DNA of 64,000 nt from Thermoplasmatota archaeon (GTDB lineage: Archaea > Thermoplasmatota > JAKEGO01). The notes under the pieces were generated by a model, which did not search any database, was not told where the DNA came from, and was given only the letters and a program-made list of their open reading frames with translations. This document shows positions 49,838-60,722 of the stretch, in pieces (within the stretch, counting starts at the first letter, position 1; every line of letters begins with the position of its first letter). The stretch lies in the NCBI GenBank assembly GCA_028279595.1, contig JANQNK010000019.1, positions 1-64,000 of the forward strand, read 5' to 3'. Both the position numbers and the translations under genes were made by a program.

Positions 49838-50890
49838 TTAAAGCAGGTCCCAGCGGCCTTTCAGGTTCTCGGCGACCTCGTCGAGCATCTTTTCGTTCTC
49901 TTCGTGGACCAGTTCACCGGGGAACCTCGGATGTCCCTCGTAGGCGCCTTCATCGAAGGGCACCGTCAGGTCGATTCCGGTAGCACCCGACCATATCTGA
50001 AGCCATCCCGGGACGGCATGGTCCCCGTACCCCGAGATCGGCAGGTCGACCAGGGGGGCATCGACCCCCTTTGCCATCTCCCGAATGGCTCCGCCCATCC
50101 ATCGGAACCCCGTCATGGACATGCCGAGCGCGGTCAGCTGGTCCCTGTAATGGGGGTCAGCACCGCCGTTCCTGATCATCATGTCCGGATCGAACTGCTC
50201 GACGATGGGCCGAACGGCCCGTTCGAAGGCCATCTCATAGTCCTGGTCCCTCGAGAAGGGGAACATCGGTATGTTCACCGTGAATCCTGTACCATCGCCG
50301 TCGCCGGTCTCGTGGGCGAAGCCCCTTCCGGGATACAGCGTCCTTGGATGCTGGTGCAGGGAGAGGAAGAGCACGTCCATCGAACGGTAGAAGATGTCCA
50401 TGGTACCGTTGCCCTGGTGGGCGTCTGTGTCGATGATCATGACCTTCCTGGCCCCAGATCCGAGAGCGTGGTCCGCAGCGACTGCAACGTCGTTGTAGAT
50501 GCAGAAGCCCTCCCCGTAATCGACGCCGGCGTGATGGAATCCGCCCGTGCACAGAACGACGTCCTCACCGCCCAATGCGAGGTCGACCGCCTTCACCGCG
50601 CCACCGACGACTGCCTTGGCCGCATCGGGCGTCCCCGGTGCCACCCACGTGTCCATCGACAGGTGGCCCGACCTCTTCTCGAGACGCAGGACCTTCTCGA
50701 TGTAGTCAGGGGAATGGACGGCAAGCAGCAGATCGTCAGAGGCCGGTTCCGAGGCCACGACGTCGATCGATCCATCGTCGATATGAGGCTGCAGGTACTC
50801 CCTGAGGTCGCTCACGTTCGCCGCCCTGAACGGGTGCTTCCCGAAATCGTAATTGGCCATTCCTGGATTGTAGACGAAGGGGACCGGCAT
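49838..50890 (-). CDS. Histone deacetylase family (AcuC-like) protein
   Basis: GGFHHA, GFCIYND, DTDAHQGNG and GAD.H..D. Confidence 0.92.
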   Translation of the reverse strand: MPVPFVYNPGMANYDFGKHPFRAANVSDLREYLQPHIDDGSIDVVASEPASDDLLLAVHSPDYIEKVLRLEKRSGHLSMDTWVAPGTPDAAKAVVGGAVKAVDLALGGEDVVLCTGGFHHAGVDYGEGFCIYNDVAVAADHALGSGARKVMIIDTDAHQGNGTMDIFYRSMDVLFLSLHQHPRTLYPGRGFAHETGDGDGTGFTVNIPMFPFSRDQDYEMAFERAVRPIVEQFDPDMMIRNGGADPHYRDQLTALGMSMTGFRWMGGAIREMAKGVDAPLVDLPISGYGDHAVPGWLQIWSGATGIDLTVPFDEGAYEGHPRFPGELVHEENEKMLDEVAENLKGRWDLL

Positions 50891-50965
50891 ATCCGGATAT
50901 CGTCATCCACGAATTAATACCTTCGATTCCGTGGTCAACGCTCACGCTTGACCGGAGAATGAAAT

Positions 50966-51003
50966 TGAAAAAAAAGGGGGGTCGGCGGGGGGTTCCCCGC
51001 CGT
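50966..51003 (-). terminator. Hairpin plus T-tract terminator of the giant surface protein gene
   Basis: CGGCGGGG/CCCCGCCG stem followed by a T-run on the minus strand. Confidence 0.6.
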
Positions 51004-51020
51004 TCTTTCCGTGTTCGCAC

Positions 51021-54000
51021 CTACTGCTTCAGGCGCAGGGTCGCGGCACACTTCTCGCACTTGATCTCCAGCGGGCGCTTCGGATCCTTCACGTCGATTA
51101 TGTTGCCGCACTTCGGACACTTCACCTTCACCGGCTTGGCTCCTGCTGGCGGGGCTGCTGCAGCTCCGGCCGCCGCTCCTGCTGCTGCCGCGGGGGCCGC
51201 TCCGGGTGCCGGAGGCGCTCCGGGCTTCGGAGGTTCGCCGGGCTTCCCGGGAGCCGCTGGCGGGGCGCCAGGTGTTCCGGGTGCCGGGGGCGCGCCGGGC
51301 TTCGCCGCGTCCTTCGCGGGCTCCTTGGCGGCCTCCTTCGGTTGGTCCTTCTTACGCCTGCCGCCGAAGAGCAGCATGCCGATCAGTATACCGAGTATCA
51401 GACCGCCCGCGAGCGATCCGCCGACGTACATCATCAGGTCTCCCGATGCGAGCTCGTCCGTCTTCTCGTCGAAGGTGTAGTCCTTCTTCACGTTGATCTC
51501 GATCGGCTGGGCGCCGGTGGTCTGGATCCGGATGCTCTGCTTGCCGTCCCCGACATTGTCCCAATCGAAGGTCAGGTCCTCGAACCTGTCCGCACCGAGC
51601 TCCTCGATCGTGAAGGTGTCCTTGACGGTGCTGCCGATGAGGAACTTGACCTCCAGGTCCGCTATCGGACCGGAGCCGTTGTTCCACACACGGACCTCGA
51701 CGACCACATCGTCACCCTTCTCGACCGAACTCGGGCTCGTGTCGAGCTTGATGTCGTGCTTCGAGATGCGGATGTCGGCCGCGAGGACCGTGACCACGAA
51801 GGTCTCGGTCTGGGAAGTTCCGCCCTCGGAGGAGGACACGCGGATCTGGAAGGAGAGTGTACCCTCCCTCGCATCCTCGTCGGCCGTCAGCTCCATCTCG
51901 ACGACCTCCTCACCATCAGGATCGATCTGGAACGTTGCCGGATCTCCCTTGTTCGCGAAGTCGACGTCCAGGTCAGCGGACATTCCCAGCGTCTGCAGCT
52001 TGAAGGTGTCCTCGAAGTTACCCTCGTTGTGGATGGTTATCGGCACCTCGACGAGGTCCTGCTTGTCGAGTCCGGTCGGATCTATCTCGGCGGTGGTGAT
52101 GTCGATGGTCAACTCGAACCCTGCCACCTTCTCCACCTCGAGGGTCACGTTCTGCCAGACCCTCGCCTGGGTGTCGCCCGGACCGCCGCCCTTTGACTCT
52201 ATGGCGATCATGTAGGAGTACTTGCCCTCCTCCGCGTCGACAGGTATCGTACCGACGTCGAACTCGAGGAACACCGTGCCGGGCGTTCCCGTCTCCATGT
52301 CCTCGATGGTCAGCGAGGTCCCGGTTCCGGAGATATCCTCGTACTTGAGGCTCACCCAGCTCGTGTCACCGGGTATCAGGTTCGAGTCCTCGAGGTCGGG
52401 TGTCTCGAACACGCGGATCTCGATGTTGTCCGGGTCGTCGCCGGTGTTCTCCACGTCGAACTGTAGTGTCACGTTGTGGTCGTCCTGCTCGGGGCTCACC
52501 TTTGCGGAGGATGTCGAGAACGCCACCGAGATGGAGTACGACTTCTCCTCGACCTCGGTTCTGTAGTCGATGTCGATCCTCTCGTTGGAGTCGATGCTGG
52601 ACGTTATCTGGATCTTCTCCGCGAACTCGTCGATCTCCTTGTCCTGGATGTCGTCCTTGTCCCCGGTGATGATGTAGTCGACGAGCTCCTCGCCTCCCAC
52701 CTTGATGGGCACGTTGATCGACTTGCCCTTCTTCTCGACGCCCTGGGAGTCGATCCACAAGAGGTTTCCGTACTTCAGGTTCTCATCATCGGTCAGCCTT
52801 ACCTTGGCGATGTCCACCTTGTTCCCGTAGTTCGATATCTTGAACGTGTAGGTGGTGTTACCACCAGGTTCCACGGTCGTGTCGTCATCGAGGCGCTCCT
52901 CCTCGAGGTCCGCCTTGGTGTCGATGCCGACGGTCACTGTGAACATTTCCTCCTGGGTGTCGTCCTCTTGAGACTCGACGGTCACCTCGATGTCATAGTC
53001 GCCTGCCGGTACACGCCAGAGCTCGTTCTTCGTGTCGTCGATGTCCATCAGGATGTTGACGGTCAGCTTGGCCTGGTCGTCGATCATTCCGCTGACATCG
53101 AAGCTGTGGCTGATATCGAGGAAGCTGTTGTTGGTGTTGTAGCTCACGGAGTACTTGTCCTCGGAGATACCGGTGTTCCTCACGGTGATGTCGAAGTCTA
53201 CGTCCTCATCCTCCTTGGGATCGGTGATCGTCTGCTTGAGCTGCGCCGGAAGGTCCAGCTCGAACCTGTAGACGTCGATGACCGTGGCGGTTATCTTGTC
53301 GTCAGCGTCTCCGAACGGGAACGTCGAGCCGTCCTCAGCGACGAGAGAGAACTCGAAGGTGATCTCGTTGTCGTCGTCGGCGTCGAACTCGTCGAGGACC
53401 TCGTCGATGTCAGGGGTTATCTGCAGCTTCACGGTGACCTCGGTGTCATGGTTTATGTTGATGTCCTGGAGGCTGGAACCGGATTCCGCACCTCTCGCGA
53501 ACACATACCAGTCGTTCGTCGGGGTCACCTTCGATGCGGAGATGTCGAACGTGTCGTCGCCGTTGCCCTTGTTGATCACGTTGATCTCGAACTCGGTCAT
53601 CTCCTCGACCTTCACATCCTTCTCGTTCTGGTCGATGTTCAGGTCCAGGTTGTAGAACTGCTCGACCGTGAAGTCGAAGTTGATGGTCTCGACGACGGTG
53701 GTGTTCCCGTTCGACAGGACGTCGACGATGAGCCTTGGCGTACCGGCCTCGATGTCCTTTGGCTGGCCCGTCCTGCTCATCGTGATCGTCACGTCGACCT
53801 GACCCGTCCTGTTGGATATCTTCGCTCCGGAGTATCCGGTGGTGGCGAACGATACCTTGCCCGGGAACGGGTTGGAGACCACGTCGACGGTGTATGCATC
53901 GTCCCTCGTTCCAGTGTTCTTTATTCGGAAGTTGAAATCGATCTCGTCCGTGCCCTCGTCGGGGTCGGGGTTCCAGTTGATGTTCACGTCGAGCGGCTGG

Positions 54001-57000
54001 AGCTCGAAGTCGATGGAGAACTCCTCTATGTTGAAGTTCAGGATGAAGGTCCGGACGACGTCGTTGTCGCCACGGGATGTCACTTCGATCTCGACCTCGT
54101 AGGAGCCGGTCTGGATGTCGTTGTCGTTCGCCGGCAGTGTCACCCTCACGTCGATCTCCTCCGACTCGCCCGGCTGGACCTTCTGGCCGCCGTAGTCGAT
54201 GGATACCTGCATCTTCTGAGGGCTCGAGAGCTTGAGGATGGTGTATGTATCCTCCCTCGTACCTTCGTTCTGTATCTCGAAGGCCAGTTCCGCCTCGTCG
54301 GCCGAGTTGGCATCGACGTCTATGTTGTCCTGTGTCTCGACGATCTCGAAGTCGAAGACGGCCTTGAACTCGACGGTCAGGTTGATGTAGTCCTCCTTGT
54401 CCTCGTCCTCGAGCGAGTATCCCTTGATCTGTATCCTGTCGCTCGCGAGGGTGTCATCGCCGTACAGGTCCTCGATGGTGTCCCTGTTCGGTATCCTCAC
54501 GGTCACGTTGACCGTGTGGGTGACACTCGCGTTCTCGAGGATGATGTCGATCTCATCGACGTTCTGCGTGTTCTTGTAGCTGAAGTAGGTGTAGGATGCG
54601 AGCTTACCATCGGACACGAGCAGGTGGACGGTGTCCTCGCCGTTGCCCTTGTTCTCCACGTTGATCTGGAAGGTCAGGTTCTTCTCGAACCGGCCCGTCT
54701 TGGTATCGGCGGGTGACTGTAGGTCCAGGTCGTACAGTGTGTTCACCTTGACGGTGAAGTTGAAGTCCTCGGAGAGATCGGAGTCGCCCTGCGACCTGAC
54801 GCGGAGCACCATGATGTACTCGAGGGACTCTGCGTCGTCCGGTACGTCGATGTCGATCTCGAAGGTCTGGAACGTTCCCTCGTTGACGGTGATCTGGTTC
54901 GCCATGCCGATGGTCCATTCGTCGCCGCCCTCGTTCAGAACGATCTGCAGGCCGTAGGTGTCATCGTCGTTCCCCTCGTTCTCGAGGGTGATCTCGAATG
55001 TGACGTTGTCGCCCGCGTCGACCTCCTTCCTCTCGTCGCCGGTCACCCGGAACTTGTAGAACTGGTCGACGTCGATGTTGAGCTCGATCGAGTCGGTCTT
55101 CGTCTCGTCGCCTATCGACTGTACGGTCATGTTGATGTAGTGGGGTCCTGTCTCGATGTTCTCGCCGGATATCTTCTCCGGGACCGGAATTGTCAGGTAG
55201 ACAAGGACAAGCTGTTCTGGATCGAGCGGCCCGATCTCCGTCAGGATGGTCCTGTTAATGTCGTCGTCGTCGAGATCGAACACGTCGGTGGAATTGCCCT
55301 CGAAGGACCATCCCGCCATCTCGTCAGTGAGCTCGAACGAGTAGGTGTCCTCGGCGTCCCCGGTGTTCTTGACACGAACGGTGAAGGTCACCGAGGTTCC
55401 CGGGTCTCCGACGATGGATGTGGTGAACGAATTGATCTCGACATCGAAGGTCTCGTCAATGACGATGGTCAGGTTCATCACCCTGTGGCCGTCATCGTGC
55501 GAGACGTTCAGCTCGACGTAGTAGGTTCCGGGGTCCTCATCCTCGGGAACCTCGACCCAGACGTATGCGAAGTCCTCCTCCTCGGGATCGAGGGTCATCG
55601 AGGACAGGGTCTGACCGCCTCCGTCTGCCTGGCTTCTGATGGACGCCCAATCCTGTTCCGTCCCCTGCTTAGCCAGGGAGAACACGTCGTTGCCGTTGCC
55701 TTCGTTCGATACCTTCACGACGAAGTCGAACTTGTCGCCCGGTTCGACATCCTGGGAAGGCCCGCTCGTGAAGAGCTCGACCTCGTGGAACTGGTCGACG
55801 TTCACTTCGATCACATCTGATGCGATGTCATTTCCCTTTCCATCGGATTCGAACTCGATGTCGATGAAGTAATCGCCTTCCGCTGCGTCATCCATGTCGT
55901 TCGGCAATGTGATGTTGATGCCGAGGATCTCGTTCTCCTCGGGATCGAGCCTGACGCGGGAATCGTTCGCATCGAAGAAGCTGACGTCCCAGTTGGTCGG
56001 TATGTCGCCGAACGTCACGTTGAACGTGTCGGTGTGCGTTCCCTTGTTCGTGATCACTATGGAATAGTTGATCATCTCACCCGGAAGGCCGGACTTCGGA
56101 TTGATCTGGCCGATCTGGACCTCGTACTGGGGCTTGATCGACACGGTGAACATGACCGTATCGGTGACTGTAGGCTCCTTCTGACACGTCACCTTGAGGC
56201 CGATCTCGAAGTAGCCGTCGTTCTGGATCGTCGGGTTGATGTCCTCCCACTCGGGGAGCGTGATGTTCAGGAAGGCGATCTTGTCGTCTCCCGCCTTGAT
56301 GTTCGGGGAGACCGGTTCGTGCGTGGCCCACGACCTGCCCTGTCCGGTCTTGTTGACCCAGAACCTGCTGTCGCCGGTCCCGATGTTGCTGATCTGGAGC
56401 TCGAAGTAGACCGTCTGCTCGGGCTCTACCTCGTCCCACACGTCGGAGCTTGTCAGGAAGAGCTCGTAGACCGGCTCGATCACGATGGTGAAGGTTATCT
56501 CCTTCACGATGTCGTCGGTGTCATCGTAGGCGGTCCCGTTCTCGGATGTGGCCTGGTATGTGATGTTGAACGCTCCCAGGTCGATGTCCTCCTTCTCGGG
56601 GAGGTCCACCCTTATCGTCGACCTGTTGACCATGCCGGCTGTGATCGAGTGGGTGGTGTTGATCAGTGTGACAGTGGCCTCGGTCGGAAGCTCGCTGCTG
56701 ACCTCCTCCATCTCGATCGAGTCAGGTCCAGTGCCCTTGTTCTCCACATTGATGTAGAAGTAGACCGTGTTCTCGGGCTTGGAGCTGACCTGCTCGACAG
56801 GGGTCGTGAGTCCGATGTCGTAGAGCTGGTCCACGACGACGGTAACACCGGCCGTGTTATGGAACACGCTGTTTCCCGGTCCGGTCGTCGCGTTGAAGTT
56901 GATCGCATAGGTATCCTCTGCCGCATCGTCCGGGGGTGTCACTGTGAGGGTCAGGTTCACATTGGAGTTCGCATCGATCTCGGGGTTGCCCTGACTGAAC

Positions 57001-59255
57001 TCGTAGGTCCAATCGACGGCCGGGTTCGAGATCTCGATCTTGATGTTGTCCTCTCCGTTCCCTTCGTTGTGCAGCCGTACCGTGAATGTGATCGCCTCAC
57101 CTGGATCGGCGTGCTGGCTGTCGACACCAGGGATCGTCACCTTGCAGTCGAACACCTGGTTCACGTTGATGCTGACGTCGTAGGTATCGGTCGTCAGAAG
57201 GGTCGCCTTCGATATCGCCTCGACCGTTACCGCGTAGGTGTCGTCGAGCGCGTCCTCGCCGATCTCGATCTCGAGGACTATTATCGTCTCTTCGGCCTCA
57301 TCGAGCACGATGGAGGACGGAGTGAAGGTGTAGAAGTCCCATCCGGTGGGTCTGACCGCATCGAACTCGACGGTCGCCCTGTCGTTCCCGATGTTCTTGA
57401 CCTGAAGGTCCACGTACACGGTGCCTTCGGGGTCGAGGTCGGATGTGGTCGCATTGATCGTTCCGGTCATGATGTCGAAGTCATAGTACTGGTCGACAGT
57501 GACCGTGAAGACCAAGGGGGCGGAATAACTGCTGTCGCCCATCTGGGCCCGAACCGTCCACTGGTAGTCGCCTGCGGTGTACTCGACCGGTACCTTAACC
57601 GAGAACTGGATCTCGGCCGATTCGTCCGGGTCCAACTCGATGCTGGTCGGGCTGAAGGTTATCGAGCCCCAGCCGGTGGAATCCTCGTCGACGTATTCGA
57701 ACGTAAAGGTATCCTGCCTGTTACCATCATTGGTGATGGTGAAGTTGAATCCGATCACCTTCGCCTGGTTCTGGATGTCCACTGCCTTGTTCGCCTCACC
57801 GTAGGTCCCTATCTCGACTCCGTAGTCCTGATCGACCTCGACAGCTAGGGCGAGCGGGATCGATGATACCGACTCGTCACCAGTGGATGTCGCGTTGCAA
57901 TACACGTTGTGGGGTCCATAGGACGCATCCTCGTGCACGTAAACACGCAGGGTGAGGGTGTCCTGCGAGTTTCCTGCGACCGTGAGGGTGGCCGACGGAT
58001 CGAAGTTGAATCCCCAATCCTCGGGTACTTGGGCGAGCATGCTGAACGTGTCCTCGCCGTTCCCGTCGTTCACCACTGTAATGGTGGCGTTGCCCCATTC
58101 GCCTGGCATGATCTTTCCAGAAGGAGCGGTACCTTCGAGATGCACGTCGAATATCTGGTCCACCTCGGTGGATAGGACGATCGAGGTATTGGTGCCCTTT
58201 CCAACCTCCGGCACGATCACGACTGTCGTGTCGATCGTGGTATCCGCGAGTGCATCGTCGTCAGGCTGGACCTTGACGTTGATCACCCTTTCGTCGCTCT
58301 CGTCCAGGGTGAACGACGACGGGTTGATCGAAAAGGTCCATGGTGAGATGTCCTCGACGATGGTGACATCGAAGTCGACCCTTACATTCCCGGAATTGTT
58401 GAATGTGAGGTTGTACTCGATCCACTCGTTGGGAAGGCCGTTCTTCGCCGCATCGTCCACCGTGATGGAATATGTGTAATCCTCGTTCACGGTGATGTTG
58501 ATCTGTGCGGTCTCGGAGTCGCTGCCCTGAACCGATTCAGCGTTGAATATCAACGAATACTTCTTGGCCGTCGCGTACCGGCCGATCGTAACCTGGACAG
58601 GTACTGGCTTCGACGCTCCGGCTGCCAGCGAGTGGAGCTCGCCGAATGTGGTCGTAAGGTCTCCCGGGGTCTGGGTCAGGTTGATCTGGATCTGATCGTC
58701 ACCGTTCCCGTAGTTGAAGATCCTCAGATTGAAGGAGACATCTTCCGATACGTTCCCGAACCTGCTGTCCGATCCGATGACGACGATGTCGACATCGTCC
58801 TCGAAGAGGATGTCGGTCCTGAAGTATATCGGAGCCTCCTCTGTACCATTAGTATTTGTTATGGTCACGTAAGTCTCCTCGTAATCACCGACCTCTGCGT
58901 CAGCAGGGGCTGTGATCTTCACGGAGGTGTACTTCCAACCGGAGTTGGTCACGTGCCAGCTGGATACACCGCCGACGAACTCGTTGGACCAATCCGTGGT
59001 CGGAGTGCTGAGTGAAAGACTGATATCCGTCTCATATGGAGACGAACCGTCCTTCGTCAATCGCACACCCACCTGGTATGTCACCGACTTGTTGGCTTCG
59101 ACTTCCTTGTTGGCGCTGTCGACCGACGTAGCGTCGTTATCGACGTCAGCAACAGCGTTCCCGGTGGTCATCATCAGGAACACGAATCCAACAACTAACA
59201 ATCCTGCGAGCACCAAGAGTGCTCGTGTTCTCCCGTTTTTCTGGGCAAACATCAA
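51021..59255 (-). CDS. Giant (2744 aa) acidic cell-surface protein with about 20 tandem Ig-like (CARDB/NEW3-like) repeats, C-terminal TM and cytoplasmic zinc ribbon
   Basis: Signal peptide, recurring N.GN..D motif about every 110 aa, TM, Pro/Ala-rich linker, CPKC...CEKC. Confidence 0.88.
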   Translation of the reverse strand: MMFAQKNGRTRALLVLAGLLVVGFVFLMMTTGNAVADVDNDATSVDSANKEVEANKSVTYQVGVRLTKDGSSPYETDISLSLSTPTTDWSNEFVGGVSSWHVTNSGWKYTSVKITAPADAEVGDYEETYVTITNTNGTEEAPIYFRTDILFEDDVDIVVIGSDSRFGNVSEDVSFNLRIFNYGNGDDQIQINLTQTPGDLTTTFGELHSLAAGASKPVPVQVTIGRYATAKKYSLIFNAESVQGSDSETAQINITVNEDYTYSITVDDAAKNGLPNEWIEYNLTFNNSGNVRVDFDVTIVEDISPWTFSINPSSFTLDESDERVINVKVQPDDDALADTTIDTTVVIVPEVGKGTNTSIVLSTEVDQIFDVHLEGTAPSGKIMPGEWGNATITVVNDGNGEDTFSMLAQVPEDWGFNFDPSATLTVAGNSQDTLTLRVYVHEDASYGPHNVYCNATSTGDESVSSIPLALAVEVDQDYGVEIGTYGEANKAVDIQNQAKVIGFNFTITNDGNRQDTFTFEYVDEDSTGWGSITFSPTSIELDPDESAEIQFSVKVPVEYTAGDYQWTVRAQMGDSSYSAPLVFTVTVDQYYDFDIMTGTINATTSDLDPEGTVYVDLQVKNIGNDRATVEFDAVRPTGWDFYTFTPSSIVLDEAEETIIVLEIEIGEDALDDTYAVTVEAISKATLLTTDTYDVSINVNQVFDCKVTIPGVDSQHADPGEAITFTVRLHNEGNGEDNIKIEISNPAVDWTYEFSQGNPEIDANSNVNLTLTVTPPDDAAEDTYAINFNATTGPGNSVFHNTAGVTVVVDQLYDIGLTTPVEQVSSKPENTVYFYINVENKGTGPDSIEMEEVSSELPTEATVTLINTTHSITAGMVNRSTIRVDLPEKEDIDLGAFNITYQATSENGTAYDDTDDIVKEITFTIVIEPVYELFLTSSDVWDEVEPEQTVYFELQISNIGTGDSRFWVNKTGQGRSWATHEPVSPNIKAGDDKIAFLNITLPEWEDINPTIQNDGYFEIGLKVTCQKEPTVTDTVMFTVSIKPQYEVQIGQINPKSGLPGEMINYSIVITNKGTHTDTFNVTFGDIPTNWDVSFFDANDSRVRLDPEENEILGINITLPNDMDDAAEGDYFIDIEFESDGKGNDIASDVIEVNVDQFHEVELFTSGPSQDVEPGDKFDFVVKVSNEGNGNDVFSLAKQGTEQDWASIRSQADGGGQTLSSMTLDPEEEDFAYVWVEVPEDEDPGTYYVELNVSHDDGHRVMNLTIVIDETFDVEINSFTTSIVGDPGTSVTFTVRVKNTGDAEDTYSFELTDEMAGWSFEGNSTDVFDLDDDDINRTILTEIGPLDPEQLVLVYLTIPVPEKISGENIETGPHYINMTVQSIGDETKTDSIELNIDVDQFYKFRVTGDERKEVDAGDNVTFEITLENEGNDDDTYGLQIVLNEGGDEWTIGMANQITVNEGTFQTFEIDIDVPDDAESLEYIMVLRVRSQGDSDLSEDFNFTVKVNTLYDLDLQSPADTKTGRFEKNLTFQINVENKGNGEDTVHLLVSDGKLASYTYFSYKNTQNVDEIDIILENASVTHTVNVTVRIPNRDTIEDLYGDDTLASDRIQIKGYSLEDEDKEDYINLTVEFKAVFDFEIVETQDNIDVDANSADEAELAFEIQNEGTREDTYTILKLSSPQKMQVSIDYGGQKVQPGESEEIDVRVTLPANDNDIQTGSYEVEIEVTSRGDNDVVRTFILNFNIEEFSIDFELQPLDVNINWNPDPDEGTDEIDFNFRIKNTGTRDDAYTVDVVSNPFPGKVSFATTGYSGAKISNRTGQVDVTITMSRTGQPKDIEAGTPRLIVDVLSNGNTTVVETINFDFTVEQFYNLDLNIDQNEKDVKVEEMTEFEINVINKGNGDDTFDISASKVTPTNDWYVFARGAESGSSLQDININHDTEVTVKLQITPDIDEVLDEFDADDDNEITFEFSLVAEDGSTFPFGDADDKITATVIDVYRFELDLPAQLKQTITDPKEDEDVDFDITVRNTGISEDKYSVSYNTNNSFLDISHSFDVSGMIDDQAKLTVNILMDIDDTKNELWRVPAGDYDIEVTVESQEDDTQEEMFTVTVGIDTKADLEEERLDDDTTVEPGGNTTYTFKISNYGNKVDIAKVRLTDDENLKYGNLLWIDSQGVEKKGKSINVPIKVGGEELVDYIITGDKDDIQDKEIDEFAEKIQITSSIDSNERIDIDYRTEVEEKSYSISVAFSTSSAKVSPEQDDHNVTLQFDVENTGDDPDNIEIRVFETPDLEDSNLIPGDTSWVSLKYEDISGTGTSLTIEDMETGTPGTVFLEFDVGTIPVDAEEGKYSYMIAIESKGGGPGDTQARVWQNVTLEVEKVAGFELTIDITTAEIDPTGLDKQDLVEVPITIHNEGNFEDTFKLQTLGMSADLDVDFANKGDPATFQIDPDGEEVVEMELTADEDAREGTLSFQIRVSSSEGGTSQTETFVVTVLAADIRISKHDIKLDTSPSSVEKGDDVVVEVRVWNNGSGPIADLEVKFLIGSTVKDTFTIEELGADRFEDLTFDWDNVGDGKQSIRIQTTGAQPIEINVKKDYTFDEKTDELASGDLMMYVGGSLAGGLILGILIGMLLFGGRRKKDQPKEAAKEPAKDAAKPGAPPAPGTPGAPPAAPGKPGEPPKPGAPPAPGAAPAAAAGAAAGAAAAPPAGAKPVKVKCPKCGNIIDVKDPKRPLEIKCEKCAATLRLKQ

Positions 59256-59552
59256 TATCCCTCAGCCCTCAACTAAATACACACCGAATATAAACGTTGT
59301 GGTTAACATGTCACAACAATTTAAAGTTCTAATTAAATAATTAAAGAATTAATTATGAATAGATTGGTTAATAACCTTTATATTATTTTACTATTTTTTT
59401 ATATTTCTCTTAATTTTCCACGATTTTAGGCGATTTTCGGGGTTGAAATCGGCCCGATTTCGGGCCCTTTTTCGGATGTCTGTCTACCCCCAAGGTGTTG
59501 TGGTGTTTCTGAATAAGAGACAGATGTCCGTTAATTGACGAATTCCAAGCCG

Positions 59553-60455
59553 CTAGAAGGAGATCTTTCCGCCCTTTTTGAGCTCTTCGAGGGTCTTGTC
59601 CTCCACTTTTTCGAGCTCCTTCTTGTCCGTGAGGGCCTTGTCGACCGCCTTCGCCTGGTCCTTTATGACCTTGCGGGCCTGCTGTCTCTCGTCGCGGTCC
59701 TCCTTCTTGAGCGAGAGCACCTTCGAGCGCATCTCGAGGGCCTTCTGATGCTGGGCATCGGCCTTCTTCTTGACCTCGATGAACTCGGCGTGCTTCTTGT
59801 TGGCCTCGATTATGAGATAGCTGACGGAATTGTAGATCTCGACGACCTGCTCGTGGAACGTCTGGGAGTCCTGGTAGTACTGGACCACGTAGGTGTGCTC
59901 CTCGTCGGCCTTCTTGAAGAGGTCGTCTATGGAGGCGTTCAGGGAATCGAGGTCCTCTATGATGCTCTCCTGGTCCACGAGGTTCTTCTGCATCTCGATG
60001 TACTGGTGCATCTTGTCCCTGATCTTGTCTATGAGGTCCTTCTCGGCGGACAGGGACATGGGTACGGTCTGCTGCTTGAGCTCCAGGGACTTGATCTCGG
60101 CGTCCAGTACCTGGACGTCCTTCGGGAGCGCCCTGTTGAGGTTCTTGTTCCTCTCCCGCTTCTCCTCGATCATGGACCTGGCCTTTGACTGGTACTCGTT
60201 CCTGCGCTTCTTGTGCTCGCGCATCTTGCGGACGAGTGCGTCCCTCTCGGCCTTCAGCTTGTCAACGCCCGCCAGTGCGTTCTTCCTCTCCTCGTTGAGG
60301 GCGTCCCTCTCCTCCCGGAGGAGCCTGGCATCGGCGTTCAGCTCGTTCCGACGGTCGATAATGGACTGGTGGACCTTCTCGGCGCTCTGTATGGCCTTGC
60401 GCCTCTGCTGACCCTTGTCGTCCTCGGCGTCCTTCTCGCGTTTCCGTCGTGGCAC
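59553..60455 (-). CDS. Conserved archaeal coiled-coil protein
   Basis: Continuous heptad pattern, QQTVPMSL..EK.L and the C-terminal KKGGKISF; GTG at 60455 follows a TATA-like box. Confidence 0.8.
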   Translation of the reverse strand: MPRRKREKDAEDDKGQQRRKAIQSAEKVHQSIIDRRNELNADARLLREERDALNEERKNALAGVDKLKAERDALVRKMREHKKRRNEYQSKARSMIEEKRERNKNLNRALPKDVQVLDAEIKSLELKQQTVPMSLSAEKDLIDKIRDKMHQYIEMQKNLVDQESIIEDLDSLNASIDDLFKKADEEHTYVVQYYQDSQTFHEQVVEIYNSVSYLIIEANKKHAEFIEVKKKADAQHQKALEMRSKVLSLKKEDRDERQQARKVIKDQAKAVDKALTDKKELEKVEDKTLEELKKGGKISF

Positions 60456-60722
60456 GGGCCGAGACAAGAACTCTATCCATAAAAACGTTTGGCTGGAGGG
60501 ATCGGACATACCCGAGGAGCTGTCGTTACATATCGGACGGGTGCGCTCACGGGATTCATATGCGGGGCGCTGTGCCAGGAACTGAGGGCCCTGGCGCGCG
60601 CCCCGCACGAGTGGTACCGTGGCCTCCCCCCCGTTCGGACGGACGTTGTCGACCCAAGAGGGGACGAACCGACGGATTTCAGGCCAAAAACGTTTATATC
60701 GTAGCCCACGTTAGACGGAGGG

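Noticed and set aside
52476-57848. Long plus-strand ORFs (746 aa and 604 aa)
   Set aside because: Antisense shadows of the 2744-aa gene caused by GC-biased codon usage; V/L/D/R-rich with no motifs.
60456-60722. FMN riboswitch upstream of ribB
   Set aside because: No RFN consensus motifs, and a TATA box about 25 nt before the ATG implies a leaderless transcript.
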